This document shows, one piece after another, positions 10,011 through 20,248 of a stretch of 64,000 nt of DNA. Origin of the DNA: an uncultured delta proteobacterium. GTDB lineage: Bacteria; Myxococcota_A; Polyangia; Fen-1088. Under the pieces are notes generated by a model. It was not told the DNA's origin. It was given only the letters and a program-made list of their open reading frames with translations, and searched no databases. Where the stretch lies: contig CAWCMR010000022.1 in NCBI GenBank assembly GCA_963796685.1, positions 64,001 to 128,000 of the forward strand, in the 5' to 3' direction. The position numbers and the translations under genes were made by a program. Numbering within the stretch: the stretch's first letter is position 1; each line of letters starts with the position of its first letter.

Positions 10011-11963
10011 TGGGCAAGGGCAAGAAGAAGCCGCAGGCCAAGCCACTCGATTCGACCTTCGCCATCGGCGGCTCGAACATCCTCATCACGGGCGACGACA
10101 GCAAGCCCACGAACGATGTCCTGCAACTGGTCTACTCGGGCTCCGAGGCCGAGGTCGACAAGGTCACGGTCACCCTGGTCGAGATCGACGAGGACGAGGA
10201 CATCGACCCCAAGCCGCCCGGTCCGGACGCCACGGTCGCGCAGTTCTTCGGCAAGATCTCGGGCAAGAAATTCGTCACCGATTCGGAGAAGCTCGCCACC
10301 GACAAGCTGCCCGCCAGCGCGCCCTTCATCCAGCTCTCCATCGGCGGCAAGTCCTACCCCAAGATCAAGCTGCCCGGGGTGGATAGCGAGAACGGCCTGT
10401 TCGAGCTGGGCGTCGTGGTCACCGCGGGCAGCTCGAAGTACCGCAGCACCTGGCGCGCCTATGCGCGCCACTACACCATCCGTCCGGCCATCGGGCCCGT
10501 GATGGCCTTCGTGACCGGGGCCGAGGACAACACCTTCTTCACCGCAGCCGGCAAATACTGGAAACAGCACGCCGACGCCGTGCTCAGCAAAGACGGAATG
10601 AGCCTGGAGGAGATCGTCAAGTACCTGGTCAAGCATCGCGAGGGCTTCGGCGACTACGGCGAGGTCAACATCGTCAGCCACGGCAATCGGCTCTCGGCCT
10701 TGCTGCGCATCGTGACCGGCGGCGAGCGCGAGCTGCGCCTCAAGACCTTGTTCCGCACCCTCGGCATCGAGGGCGAGGAGTCCGACGATCCCGTCACCAA
10801 GGCGGCGCAGGCGGCGAACCTGGAGAAGTTCAATCACACCGCCGCCCAGCTGGGCCTCGGCGACAAGTCCCGCGTGGTCTTCCGCGCGTGCAACATCGGC
10901 CATCGCCCCGACGTCCTGCAGGCCGTGCGCGAGCACATCTTCGCCGACGCGTGCGCGGTCTTCGCGCCCAAGTTCCTGCAGGGCTACGGCGACGGGGATT
11001 CTCATCACCAAGAAGAAGGTCGACCCGTTCGAGTTCTTCGCCGAGGATCTGCAGCACCACGTGCCGGGCAAGGTCAACCCGCCGCGCGCGCCCAACAAGG
11101 TCCCCGACGGGACCAGCCAGGAGGAGATGATGGCGCCCATCTTCAAGACCGACCATCCCTCGCTCAAGCTCGACGACGAGAAGGCCTCCTACACTTCCAA
11201 GATCTCGTCCACCAAGCCCGGCGATGCAACCTTCGGCCTGACCGGCACCGAGGCGACCTTCTTCGACTTCCTGGCCAACGCCAGCAAGACCGACGCCCAG
11301 CTCGGCGCGGAGATGCAGACCGGATTCGATGCCCAGCGCTCGGAGGACATGGAGTTCACCCAGTGGAAGCAATGGGTCGCAGAGCCCATCACCCGCAAGG
11401 ACCAGACCCAGAAGGTCGACAACAAGGTCGAGGTCCTGACCACGGAGAACGTGTGGGTCACCGTGGCCAGCAGCAAGGCCGTCCCGCACCAGTCCTTCGC
11501 CTCGCCCGGCGGCGAGCTGGCCCTGGGCTCGGATCCAGCCCTGGGCACGGCCACCTCCTCGGACGAGCGGCCGGCCGGCATCACCTTGCCCGACAAGAGC
11601 GTGGCGGCCCTGCACGCGAAGATCACCACCTCGGGCTCGCCCGACGCGGCGGTCGACGCGGAGACCGGTCAGACCGTCACCTTCCAAGGCAAGGCCGCGG
11701 GGTCGTTCACCGGCACGGTCCCGGTGTCGTTCTCGGTCGGCCCGTTCGCGATCTCCATGCGGCCCGAGAAGCAGCGCCTGGCCACGGCGCAATTGACCCG
11801 GACCCTGGTGCATTGGCGCCGGCCCTTGCGCAAGGACGACCCCAAGGTGTCGTACGGAAAAGATCGCCCTTTGGTCGTTCCCGACGTGGACAACAAGGAC
11901 CATTATGGCTCGAGTGATGATCCCGCACCGTCGGACGCCGATCTGGCCAAGCTCTTCGAGTAG
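10010..11963 (+). CDS. Putative His/Cys caspase-fold (DUF4347/C80-like) protein with apparent +1 frameshift near 10997
   Basis: VNIVSHGN and VVFRACNIG motifs; the frame turns Arg-rich after 10997 while the +1 frame (ILITKKKVDPFEFF..., stop 11963) has clean codon usage and no start codon before GTG 11061. Confidence 0.7.
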
Positions 11964-13597
11964 CCTCGCCATCGTCTTGCGCGTGGTGCTGGTCGGTGGC
12001 CTGGCGCAGGCGCAGCCGGCCGGCCCGGCGCGAGACGCGGGCGCGACCCCGATCCAGGACGCCGTGGCAGGTGCGGGCCACGACTTGGGCGACGCGCAGA
12101 CCAGGCTGCTCGAGCTGGCGGCCGCCGGACACGCCTTGTTCGTGCGACGCGCCCAGCGCGCGGGCTCGGCCTGCGACGAGGTCCGGCTGCGTCCGTCGGT
12201 GCCCGACGGCTCCGCCGGAGAGATAGCTCTCGGCGACCTGAAGGGCAGGTACGCGATCCGCCGGGGCCAGCTCGACGTGTTCCACGCCGGTCCGGCCACC
12301 GACTTCAGGGTAAGCGAGAGCTTCGTCCTGCACGGAGCCACCCGGGACGGCGTGCTGCTCGGCGGGGCCCTGCTCGCGGTCAGCAAGGAGGCTTGCCAGG
12401 GCCATACGTCTTATCGGCCTCTGGCCCTCAAGAGTGAGCGCTGCGCCCCGATCCCTCAGCTCGGCCGAGCCGTGTCGGCCACGGCCGACGACGCGCCCTG
12501 GGTGTTCAACCACCGTGGCCTGCTCGGGCCCTGTGGGTGGGCAGGGGCGTACTTTGCAAACGGGACACGCTATCCGCTGGAGCTGTTCGTGCCGCTCGGA
12601 CGGGCGTGGCTCTCCGGACCGCTCGCGGGCGGGACGGGCGAGCCACACATGGTCGATCTGCGCATCGAAACGGCCCGCCTGCGGCTGGGCGAGCGCATCC
12701 TCGAGCCCCTTCCCAGCGTCCTGTCGCAGGCGCCGGCCGACGCGAAGCCGGCGCGGATTGGGCCGGGCGGCCTCGCCGGTGGCCCAGCCGGTCACCCAGC
12801 CGGTGACCAAGATGGCGACTTCGCCGGCGACTTTCTGGGCGAGACGCGGCCCCTCTATCTTCCCGTGCTGCGCGAGCACGGCGTCACCTGCGCCGAGGTC
12901 GACCTGTCCAAGCTGCAAGCGACCATCACCCTGCCGAGCTTCTCGGGCAACCCGCGCAAGCTCGAATTCCAAAAGGACGACTTCGGCCTCTCGCTGTGGC
13001 CGGCGCGCTCCGAGAGAGGCAGCCTCGCGCAGGGCCGGCGTGCCGCGACCGTCGCCCTGTGCGACGGCGGGGCCATTCACCTCGCGGTTCACGGCCGGGA
13101 CGCCGACTCCTACCGCGTCGGCGGCTCGCGCTGGTTTTTCGACCGGGCCACCTGCGAGCGGCAACACGGCCACGTGCTGCCCGCGCTGGTCGATTCTCAT
13201 CAACCTCGCGAGCAAGCCGTGTGCGCCAAACGACGCCGGTCTGCAAGCTCGGCCCGCTGCTCATCTGACGAGCGGGACGTACTATGTGCGGTCGCCGGAC
13301 GCCCAGGACTGCGTCCCGATCGAGGTCGTCGGGCCCAAGCAACCCGGACTCGAGTCCGGATACGTGCGCGTGAAGCCTGGGCTGGCCACGGCCGAGCTGT
13401 GCGACATCCGCTTCGACGAGGTCGCGGGCGGTCGATACCTGTGGCGAAGCCGCCCCGATTCCCCCGATGGGGATTCGGTCGAGACCAAGCCGTTCCGAGA
13501 GGGTACTCACGTCGGCGTGCAAGTCGGCGCGAGCCGGTGGTATCGAGACCCGTCATCCTGTCGGGCTTCCGCTGCCGCGCGCGGCCCCACACGCTGA
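11917..13597 (+). CDS. Secreted protein with three Cys-containing repeats; apparent +1 frameshift near 13192
   Basis: Signal-like LAIVLRVVLVGGLAQA-QP; repeats end GVLLGGALLAVSKEAC, SYRVGGSRWFFDRATC, GVQVGASRWYRDPSSC, the third only in the +1 frame; start uncertain. Confidence 0.7.
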
Positions 13598-13775
13598 GCC
13601 CGTGCGCGCCACGGGCCGAGCTCCCCTCTTCTCGTCGGCGCGGAAGGCGTCACCCGCATTTCAGCGGTGGCCACGCCGCTGCCCATGCCCAAAGCCCGGA
13701 TTCGCCCCCTGGACGACTTTCATCAGCGGGACCAGGACCGGTCACCTGAGATACTGGAACATCCAGAGGCGCGCT

Positions 13776-15956
13776 CTACTTGGCGAGCTTCATGATGGCG
13801 GCGCGGCTCATGTCCGACCAGTACAGGGCCGCGTCGTCCTGGTAGAGCTTTCCGCTCGCGCTTTGCCCGGTCGCCATGGTCTTCGTTCCGGTGCAGCCCG
13901 ACGAGGCTGGCGAGCAACGGTTCAGATTGCCGCTGGCATCGAACCAGTACAGATACGAAGCGTCCTCTGTCGCCATCACGCTGGTTGAAGCGACGGCGGT
14001 GATGAGCTGCAGGGACGGCGAAGAACCCACCGGCACGCGATACAGGATTCCGGCGGTCGTCGAGGGGTCCCAGAGCAGCACCGACGGCGCATTGACGTCG
14101 ACGATGACCATGGACGAGGTAAGTCCCGAGGACAGCAGCTCCGTCGCATACGAGGCATTGTAGCCGATGGAAAACAGGCTGGTGGATGACGGATCGGTCC
14201 GGAGATAGAAGACGGTATTCTGGTAGGCGCTGAACGCGCTGTAACTGACGCTCGAGTAGTCGCTGAGCGTGTCGTCATACGACGCCTTCACATCGCCACC
14301 CGTGGTGTACCACGTGATGTTCGCCGGGGCCGAGGTGGGATTGTAGAGAGGAACATACGCTGGCTGTGAGCTGCCCCATGAGGCGGCGAACGCCCCGCCG
14401 TTGATGGACCCGAGCTGCACCTTGGTGCCCGCGGTCATGTCGTAGAGGTAGTTGGCGTCCATATTCTCGGCGAAGATGAACACGTCGTTGCCCACCACCC
14501 CGCGAAACGCAGCATAGGCATAGTTCGGAACCACCTGGGTGCTCGCGCTGCCCGCGGCCTTGCCCACTCGAGCAGCCGACGCTTCCACGAAGCCGGATTG
14601 ATAGACGGAGTAGTAGAGGTTCTGGGCGTCGATCCCGAACAGGCCCTGAAAGGTGTCTCCGAGGTTCGCGGCCACCGCGACCGGCTGGCACAGACCGCTG
14701 CTGCACGTCCCGCCGAGGCAGTCGTGCCCACAGGCTCCGCAATTATGGCCATCGGAGGTCACGTCGAGGCACGAGCCGCTGCACTCTTTCTTGGGCGAGG
14801 CACAGGTGCACGCGCCGAGGCTACACAGGTAGCCGCCGGCGCAAGCGGTCTGGTTCGCCCACGCTCCGCTCGTGCCGCACTTTTGCGGCACACCACCGGC
14901 GCTGCATTGAACCTGGTTTGGCGTACACACGCCGGTGCATCCGCCCGCGCTGACGTCACAGGTGTACGTGCAAGCCTCCACGCTGGGCATCGAGCATGAG
15001 CCGGCCGTGCAGGTGCCCACGGCTTGGTAGCCGGAGCTCGTGCAAGCCGGCGTTCCGCAGGAAAGGGTGGGGTAGGTGCAGGATGGGCTGGTCCCATCGC
15101 AAGCCGCGGCGCAGATATCGCTGCCCGTGCAGGGCGTGTGCCCCGTGTGGGGCGATGCTTTGGCGGCCAAGGTCTTGCAGGTTCCCGTGGAGCCACCGAC
15201 ATCGCACGCCTCGCACGAGCCCGTGCACGCCTTGTCACAACACACGCCATCGGGTGAGCAGTAGAGGCCGGCGGCGCATCCTCCACCCACGACCTGGCAG
15301 GCCGTTCCCTGCTTCGACTTGCAGGCCCCCGTCGAGTCGCAGGTGCCGCTGCAACGGCCGGTGGGATCGTCCTGGCCGACCAGGGCAACGCACGTGTTGC
15401 TGGCGTTGCAGGTCTTGCAGCTTCCGGCGCAATCCGCGGCGGTACAACAGGCAGTCGAATCGATGCACTCGCCGTTGCAGCTCACCTTGCCCGACGGGCA
15501 TCCCGCCGCATCGAGCGTGGCGGCGTCCATCCGCGCTGGAGCGTCCATGGCAGCGTCGGGGTTGCCATCCGCCGGCGCGTCGGCGAGCTCGCTATCGGTG
15601 GCCGGCTCGATGCGCGCGTCCGGCGTCGCGTCCAGTCGTGCACCGGGAAGGCCATCGCCAGGGGCGTCGTTGTTCACTTCGGCGCTTCCGTCGTTGGTCC
15701 CGGCTCCCGCTTCGCTCCCACCCATGGGCGAGGCGTCGCTGCGGCTGCCACCAAACCCGCCGCTTGGGGAGCAGGTCCCGGACGAGGTGTCGCACACGTA
15801 GCCGCTCGGACAGCCGGTCTGCGTCTTGCACCTCAGGCGCGACGGATCGGCGGCGTCGAAACAGCCTAGAAAGCCCGGTAAAGCGAGCGCAACGATCCAG
15901 AACCCGATCGGAAAAGGTCGCCGATTCTCTCGTCCAAGGGCGCGTGTCGTCTTCAC
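13776..15956 (-). CDS. Cys-rich lipoprotein with C-terminal beta-propeller-like domain
   Basis: GTG 15956 after AGGAG, overlapping upstream TAG; lipobox FLGC; CSPDGVCCDKAC, DGHNCGACGHDC; propeller-like DASYLYW, DDAALYW. Confidence 0.8.
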   Translation of the reverse strand: MKTTRALGRENRRPFPIGFWIVALALPGFLGCFDAADPSRLRCKTQTGCPSGYVCDTSSGTCSPSGGFGGSRSDASPMGGSEAGAGTNDGSAEVNNDAPGDGLPGARLDATPDARIEPATDSELADAPADGNPDAAMDAPARMDAATLDAAGCPSGKVSCNGECIDSTACCTAADCAGSCKTCNASNTCVALVGQDDPTGRCSGTCDSTGACKSKQGTACQVVGGGCAAGLYCSPDGVCCDKACTGSCEACDVGGSTGTCKTLAAKASPHTGHTPCTGSDICAAACDGTSPSCTYPTLSCGTPACTSSGYQAVGTCTAGSCSMPSVEACTYTCDVSAGGCTGVCTPNQVQCSAGGVPQKCGTSGAWANQTACAGGYLCSLGACTCASPKKECSGSCLDVTSDGHNCGACGHDCLGGTCSSGLCQPVAVAANLGDTFQGLFGIDAQNLYYSVYQSGFVEASAARVGKAAGSASTQVVPNYAYAAFRGVVGNDVFIFAENMDANYLYDMTAGTKVQLGSINGGAFAASWGSSQPAYVPLYNPTSAPANITWYTTGGDVKASYDDTLSDYSSVSYSAFSAYQNTVFYLRTDPSSTSLFSIGYNASYATELLSSGLTSSMVIVDVNAPSVLLWDPSTTAGILYRVPVGSSPSLQLITAVASTSVMATEDASYLYWFDASGNLNRCSPASSGCTGTKTMATGQSASGKLYQDDAALYWSDMSRAAIMKLAK

Positions 15957-16789
15957 TAGAATGCTCCTGTCAGTACGGCGCCGGCCTGACTTGTCCCGAT
16001 GACCGGCACCAGGGCGAGCCCGCTGGCCGGCCCTGATTTTTCCTTGAGCCCGATCCCGTAGAGGACGGCCCCGGTGACCACGCAGGCTGCCCCAAGTCCG
16101 TAGCCGACCCAAGCCAAGGCCTCGTAGGTCTTGCGGTCGGACTCCTTGGAATACCCGTCGTAGGTCGAGTACATGTCGTTAACCGTGTGGTTGGCCTTCA
16201 CGTTCAAGAGGATGCCAGCGCCCAAGGCCGCGACGCCGAAGGTCGCGACGACGATGCCGCCGGTTCGCAAGCCCGCGCCGCCGGACGGCGGTATGGGGCC
16301 CGGTGCGGGTTGCTGGATCACGGTCGGCTCGGGCGCTGTTGCCGGCGCCGACGCAGCGGGCGCGACCGGCGGAGCATCCACGACGGGTTGGGGGGCGGGC
16401 GAAGTGGGCACGATAGCCCGTTCTTGGGCCAGCATTTCCTTGCAGTAGGAGATGTGCTGGTCGGCGTCGGCCTTCTCGTTGCTCCCCAGCTTCTCGTGCC
16501 CCGCGAGCAAGAATTCCTGGAAGCGCGCAATGGCATCGTCGTACCGGCGGTTCTGCTCGAAGCAGCGTCCCTGGTTGAAGATGTAGGTCGCGTTCTTGGT
16601 TTCGACGAACAGTTTCGAGAGGACGGCGACCCCCTCGGCGTAGTTGCCGTCGAGGCATGCCTGGCGCGCAAGGTTCGCGCGCGCTTGCCTGCTGGCGGCC
16701 GACGCCGGCCGAGCCGCAAGCAGTGCGAAGACGATGGCGACTCCCACGAGGGTGGGAGTTTGAAGGGTGCGGCTTTGACGCTCGATCAT
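15956..16789 (-). CDS. Myxobacterial TPR-like secreted protein with C-terminal membrane/beta segment
   Basis: Signal peptide; ARQACLDGNYAEGV, YIFNQGRCFEQNRRYDDAIARFQEFL; Pro linker; ends GAVLTGAF. Confidence 0.8.
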   Translation of the reverse strand: MIERQSRTLQTPTLVGVAIVFALLAARPASAASRQARANLARQACLDGNYAEGVAVLSKLFVETKNATYIFNQGRCFEQNRRYDDAIARFQEFLLAGHEKLGSNEKADADQHISYCKEMLAQERAIVPTSPAPQPVVDAPPVAPAASAPATAPEPTVIQQPAPGPIPPSGGAGLRTGGIVVATFGVAALGAGILLNVKANHTVNDMYSTYDGYSKESDRKTYEALAWVGYGLGAACVVTGAVLYGIGLKEKSGPASGLALVPVIGTSQAGAVLTGAF

Positions 16790-16838
16790 GGCGGCGTACT
16801 TTGGTAGCGCTCCTGGCCGTAGGCAAGGAGATTCTGGG

Positions 16839-18266
16839 CTATTTCTCGTAGTGAACGCAGCCACGCAGCGCCGGTGTGCCACCCTCGCAATGGTGCTCGA
16901 AGGTGGCGGTGAACGAGATCAGGGAGCTGTTGCTCATGATCAAGGATTCCACTTGGAAGCTCCCGGTTACGGTGTTGCATCCTCGCCCGTCGCCGCTCAC
17001 GTCGAGCCCGGGATGGCCGGGAGACTCGAACGGCCAACGCTCCGCTCCCTCGTAGACCTGTGTGGTGATGGGCGCCGGAATCTGCGAAGTTTCGAAGTAG
17101 AGATCCCACCACAGGCCCTGCGATTCGTTGGACGGCGTGACCGAGATGTGGACCTCGCCCGTCGACGCGCTGGCCGACCACTGTCCCTGGGTGATGGTCT
17201 CTATCCCCGAGTAGACGTAGTCGCCTGAATCGCCGTTGAAGAAGATCACATTCCCTCCGGCAAGGCACGGCGAATCCGAACCGATACCGGTGGGAGCGAC
17301 CAAGGTAATCTCCTGGCTGTTGGCCACCACGGTGTTCGGCGCTGAAGCGAGCGCGAGTGTGATGCGCACGGTACCGGGGCACCACGAGGAGGCGGCGGCG
17401 CTGCACGGAGTGAAATACGCGGTGGCTCCGGTCGGGGTGAGTGTGAGGGTATTGGGCGAAATGGTGCCCGCGCCCGCTCGCGAGGTGTCCAGCACGACCG
17501 TGGCCGTCGAAGGAGCTCCATCAGCGGTGGTGCCAAGAATGGTGACGGGTATCGTCGAGTAGCCGTCGGCCCCGATGGTCGTGACCCCGACGCGCACGAT
17601 GAACTGTTCGCCTCCTGCATCGGGCACTGGCACGCACTCCCCACCGACCGCCTCGGTTCCAGGCCCGCACGCAAGGGTGGTGCCTCCATCGCTTGGATCG
17701 GAGAGACACTGATTTCCTGACTGATGAGTTCCTGGGCCGCAGACCATCGTGCTACCGGCGTCACTGGGATTGGGAAGGCATGTGCCTCCCGATTGGTGAG
17801 TTCCCGGGCCACAAACCATCGTGGCGCCGGCGTCGCTGGGATCGGGAAGGCATTGCGCGCCCGATAGGTGTGTGCCGACACCGCATCCGATAGGTGGACC
17901 GGCATCTGCTCCTACGGGAACACACTGATTTGCGACGGCCACGGTTCCCGCACCGCACACGACGGCTGTGCTCCCGGCATCGCTCGGCACGACGACACAT
18001 TGACCGCCCACCAGCCGCGTCCCGGAACCGCAAGAGACGCTTGCATCCACATCCGACAGACAGACATTCCCCACCATCGTCGTCCCGGGGCCGCAGGTCG
18101 TGTCGACAATGCACTTTCCGCCCTCCGGGTGCGTTCCGGCTCCGCACTGGCTCGAGGAGAGCCCGTTGCTGCTGCAGGCGACACCTACGGCAAGCCCCAA
18201 TACGGCCGTCATGCAAACGCCAGGAAGGAAGGGTCGGGAGATTGATCCGGTCGTCAGGGTCGTCAT
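16839..18266 (-). CDS. Lipoprotein with ~8 tandem CGxGT..C repeats and a C-terminal globular domain
   Basis: Lipobox GVAC; repeats such as CGPGTHQSGGTCLPNPSDAG; C-terminal GLDVSGDGRGCN..FEHHCEG. Confidence 0.8.
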   Translation of the reverse strand: MTTLTTGSISRPFLPGVCMTAVLGLAVGVACSSNGLSSSQCGAGTHPEGGKCIVDTTCGPGTTMVGNVCLSDVDASVSCGSGTRLVGGQCVVVPSDAGSTAVVCGAGTVAVANQCVPVGADAGPPIGCGVGTHLSGAQCLPDPSDAGATMVCGPGTHQSGGTCLPNPSDAGSTMVCGPGTHQSGNQCLSDPSDGGTTLACGPGTEAVGGECVPVPDAGGEQFIVRVGVTTIGADGYSTIPVTILGTTADGAPSTATVVLDTSRAGAGTISPNTLTLTPTGATAYFTPCSAAASSWCPGTVRITLALASAPNTVVANSQEITLVAPTGIGSDSPCLAGGNVIFFNGDSGDYVYSGIETITQGQWSASASTGEVHISVTPSNESQGLWWDLYFETSQIPAPITTQVYEGAERWPFESPGHPGLDVSGDGRGCNTVTGSFQVESLIMSNSSLISFTATFEHHCEGGTPALRGCVHYEK

Positions 18267-18616
18267 AAGGCACCACCTTTCACTTCGTAGTGGACCAAGT
18301 TTCAGGTCCGCATTTTGCCCTGTCGCGCAAGTCGGCGGGTGGAAATTCGATCCCTGACTTGCCACTTTGGCTTGAAACGGGAATCCTCCGCGCCGATTCG
18401 CCGGAGCACAGTCCGTTCGAGCGCCGCTTTGCTTTCACGTCTGATAAGAAGCATCACATCAACCACAACGACCTACACGCCAGTCTGAGCCAAGCGGGAC
18501 AAGCGAGGAGTCTTGGTCAATCGCCCCGCCCTATCCTGCGGCAGCCGAAGCCCATGGTTGCATGCTTCGGCGGTCTCGCTTGACGGATTGTGGACCAGCT
18601 GGCCACTGCCAAGGCA

Positions 18617-20170
18617 ATGTCATGGGTTCCACACGATTCTCGGCCGGCTCAGTTGCTGGGTGCGATGGCTGTCGTCGCTCTCGCGCTGTTCGGCTTCGCT
18701 TGTTCCGCATCAGATGGAGGCCATGGTGGGACAGGTGGGGGAAGCGGCGGGGCGTCTGTGGCGGCTTCCGGGGGCGCCGGCTCGGGTGGAGTCATGAGCA
18801 CCGGTGCTGGGGGCGGCGGTTTTGGGGGTAGTTCCGCAACTGGCTCTGGCGGCGACGCCCGCGGGGGAGCGGGCAGTGGCGGCAAAGCCGGATCCGGCGG
18901 CGCTGGCAACGGGGGCGCGGCTGGCACCACCAGCAACGGCTCGGGAGGTGATTCGGTCGATGGCGGCTCGAGCGCCGGCGGTAAGCTGGGCACGGGAGGT
19001 GCCAAGTCGACAGGCGGGAGCTCCGCAGCCACGGGTGACGCCAGCGCGACGGGCGGGAAGACCTCCACAGGCGGTGCGACGAGCACGGGAGGCTCGAATC
19101 AACAGGGTGGGTCCACCGGCGGTACTGCTGCGGGCGGTTCTGCTACTGGTGGGGCCACCGGGTCAGGAGGCGCAAGTGCAACCGGACCCTGTGATATCTT
19201 CGCGGCCGGCAGCACACCCTGCGTTGCGGCCCACAGCACGGTCCGCCTTCTGGCCGGAAGCTACGGCGGACCGCTTTACCAGGCTCGTCGCGCCTCGGAC
19301 GGCAAGACCCAGGACATTGGAGCTCTGGCGCAGTTTGGTGTGGCCGACGCCGCCGCACAGGAAACCTTCTGCACGGGTACGACGTGCACCATCTCCGTCA
19401 TCTACGATCAATCCGGCAAGGGGAATCACCTCACGAGGTCGCAGGGAGGTGCCGAGGTGTGCCGGCACCAGGATCTCGAGGCCGTGGCAGACGCGCTACC
19501 CCTGACCCTCAACGGTCATAGGGTGTACGGGATCAAGGTCGTTTCGGACGACAACGCCGGTTGTACGCCGCCGGCAGGTGGCGAGGGGACCGGCTATCGG
19601 CTGGACAAGACGACGGGCGTGGCAGTTGGAGATGAGGCGGAGACCGAATACATGGTGACCAGCGGTGACACCCCGGCTTACCAAAACAGTGGTTGCTGCT
19701 TCGACTATGGCAACGTGGAAACGGATGACAAGGATGACGGCGCCGCGACCATGGAGGCCATCTACTTCGGAGGCGGCGCCGGCTGGGGTCATGGAGGTGG
19801 CAACGGGCCGTGGGTCATGGCCGACATGGAGAACGGAATATTTTCCGGATCCACCAATGCCTATACCGGCAACACGTCCGTGCCCTATCCCTACGTGACC
19901 GGCGTTCTGATCGGCCGGGCCGGAGGGACGTACGCCCTCATGGCCGGGAACGCACAGACCGGCAATCTCACGACCATGTACGACGGAGCCCGGCCGAGCG
20001 GGTACACCAAGATGAAGAAGCAAGGAGCTATCGTCCTCGGGACAGGTGGCGATAACAGCGACCATGGTCGGGGATATTTCTTCGAAGGTGTGATGACCTC
20101 GGGTGCGGCGACCGCTGCTACCATGAGCGCGGTTCAAGCCAATATCGTCGCTGCCGGCTACGGCAAGTGA
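18617..20170 (+). CDS. Alpha-L-arabinofuranosidase B catalytic domain (GH54) lipoprotein with Gly-rich linker
   Basis: GPCDIF..TPCVAAHSTVR, IYDQSGKGNHL, GCCFDYGNVE, MEAIYFG, GPWVMADMENG, MKKQGAIVLGTGGDNS..FFEGVMT, VQANIVAAGY. Confidence 0.93.
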   Translation: MSWVPHDSRPAQLLGAMAVVALALFGFACSASDGGHGGTGGGSGGASVAASGGAGSGGVMSTGAGGGGFGGSSATGSGGDARGGAGSGGKAGSGGAGNGGAAGTTSNGSGGDSVDGGSSAGGKLGTGGAKSTGGSSAATGDASATGGKTSTGGATSTGGSNQQGGSTGGTAAGGSATGGATGSGGASATGPCDIFAAGSTPCVAAHSTVRLLAGSYGGPLYQARRASDGKTQDIGALAQFGVADAAAQETFCTGTTCTISVIYDQSGKGNHLTRSQGGAEVCRHQDLEAVADALPLTLNGHRVYGIKVVSDDNAGCTPPAGGEGTGYRLDKTTGVAVGDEAETEYMVTSGDTPAYQNSGCCFDYGNVETDDKDDGAATMEAIYFGGGAGWGHGGGNGPWVMADMENGIFSGSTNAYTGNTSVPYPYVTGVLIGRAGGTYALMAGNAQTGNLTTMYDGARPSGYTKMKKQGAIVLGTGGDNSDHGRGYFFEGVMTSGAATAATMSAVQANIVAAGYGK

Positions 20171-20248
20171 TTCCGCCCCGAGGGAATTGACCCTACATGA
20201 AGCTGCTCGAGTCCGGTCGGATGGTTCGAAGCGGGGGTGGTCGGCTGA

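Noticed and set aside
3483-10046. Long alternative ORFs (3483-5225, 8193-10046) and the 886-aa and 1204-aa extended N-termini
   Set aside because: GC-rich shadow frames, Arg/Pro-rich; real starts are at coupled junctions 4062, 5255, 6445 and 7638
15923-15929. GATTCTC near the lipoprotein start as another frameshift site
   Set aside because: The frame from GTG 15956 is open through it; serves as a negative control
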